Origin: Mobula birostris
Lineage: Eukaryota
Length of the DNA: 64,000 nt
Assembly: GCF_030028105.1 (NCBI RefSeq)
Contig: NC_092384.1
Coordinates: 3,577,665-3,641,664 of the forward strand
Direction: 5' to 3'
In this document: piece after piece, positions 62,941 to 64,000 of the stretch
Layout: each line of letters begins with the position of its first letter
Numbering within the stretch: the stretch's first letter is position 1
Position numbers and translations under genes: made by a program
Notes under the pieces: model-generated
What the model saw: only the letters and a program-made list of their open reading frames with translations
Told to the model about the DNA's origin: nothing
The model's database searches: none

Positions 62941-63361
62941 TCCCCCCTCCGCCCAAGATTTCACCTAATGTGCCTCCTTACATAGTAGGTAAACCTTTCG
63001 TTGTCTTGAACAATGAATTGGCAACTTCCAAAGAATAACACGTGATAAAAAAAAAAAAATCATGGTGATTTTCATAATCAGTAGAGTAAAGTCCATAAGG
63101 TGCATACTAAGGTATTAAGGAAGCAAAATATGTTTTGCCAAGTGTTACCGTAGCCTTTCCTGAACAATGGACAACAGCAGAATCAGTATCAGAATCAGGT
63201 TTATTAACTCCGGCATGTGACGTGAAATTTGCTAACTTACAGCAGCAGTTCAATGCAACTCACAATGTAGAAGGTAAACAATAAATAAATAAATAAATAA
63301 TATATATTTATTTCGGTAAATGAATTGCAGTACACATATAATGAATATATTTTAAAACGTG

Positions 63362-63910
63362 CGTAATGGCTTCTTTGTCATGTTTCACTGCCAATGCTAA
63401 TGTAATAGCTTCTCTGTAATGTTCACTGCCGATGTAACGGTTTCTCTGTAGCAGAAATGTTTGGGTTATGGCTGGAGATAATTATGCACGTTAGCCAATC
63501 AGGATTCTGTTGCCAGTCTGGTAATTCTGGAAGCTGTTGGTTTAGCGGGCGTATGCTAGAGGGAGAGAGAAGGATGAAGAGAGAAGACGCGAATGGTGAG
63601 ATTCGATAGGCCGCCAGACAGAGTGGACTGCAACCGGTGGTCCGAAGGTCAGTTACACTCGGAGGAGATCGAATTGTGGTAGGAAGACTACTGAGTGAGC
63701 TCCAACGGTTCTGCACAGACTGTTTAATAAGATCCCCCCCCCCCATTTTCTTTTATATTTTGTTTCTCCACTGATCACATAGTCAAAGTAAGAGTTATAA
63801 AGCTTAATCATTTAATCGCATTTGGTGTACTGCTTGTTACTTTGGGGTACTGATTTGTGACATGGGACACGTCACGCAGCATCCACCCAAACGAGATTTC
63901 TTAAGTTTGG
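63362..63910 (+). mobile_element. Related Gypsy LTR copy
   Basis: tctgtagcagaaatgtttgggttatg and ggtactgatttgtgacatgggacacgtcacgcagcatcc match the minus-strand LTR at 60551-62522. Confidence 0.6.
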
Positions 63911-64000
63911 CCGGTCCCTGAGGATGTCCTGGTTATTTTTTAGGCTAATACCCAAGATGGAGCTGGCAGATTTACAACCCTCTGCAACTTCTTTTGGTCC

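Noticed and set aside
1-64000. CRISPR arrays, rRNA or intact tRNA genes
   Set aside because: No regularly spaced repeat-spacer array or rRNA-like sequence; tRNA-like motifs occur only as SINE heads.

Overview
Eukaryotic genomic DNA, most likely from a cartilaginous fish (ray or shark). This is inferred from the repeat landscape: CR1 LINEs with (TTCTATG)n-type tails, V-SINE/HE1-like SINEs and Penelope-like elements. Most of the window is transposon debris, often nested: several CR1 families, an L1/Tx1 relic, L2-like elements, Penelope-like elements with GIY-YIG and hammerhead remnants, Gypsy relics and LTRs, and a Tc1 end. One host gene can be assembled by hand on the + strand from six exons: leader 24091-24145, germline-joined VJ-type Ig domain 24376-24696, C1-set Ig domain 35517-35794, transmembrane 36997-37098, and cytoplasmic 37581-37627 and 44701-44868. 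It encodes a non-rearranging V(J)-C1-TM receptor with an ITIM followed by an ITSM (SIRP/NKp30/PRARP-like), about 323 aa. As sequenced, only the C1 exon is damaged: it has a 1-nt deletion in a T6C3 run and GG where the GT donor is expected. The copy is therefore a pseudogene, an assembly error, or a receptor that skips C1 in frame. The upstream region of this gene (19814-22934) is duplicated in inverted orientation at 1-3114 and runs off the left edge, which predicts a head-to-head paralog just outside the window. Exon coordinates were read base by base; many repeat boundaries are approximate (tens of bp). No database searches were run.
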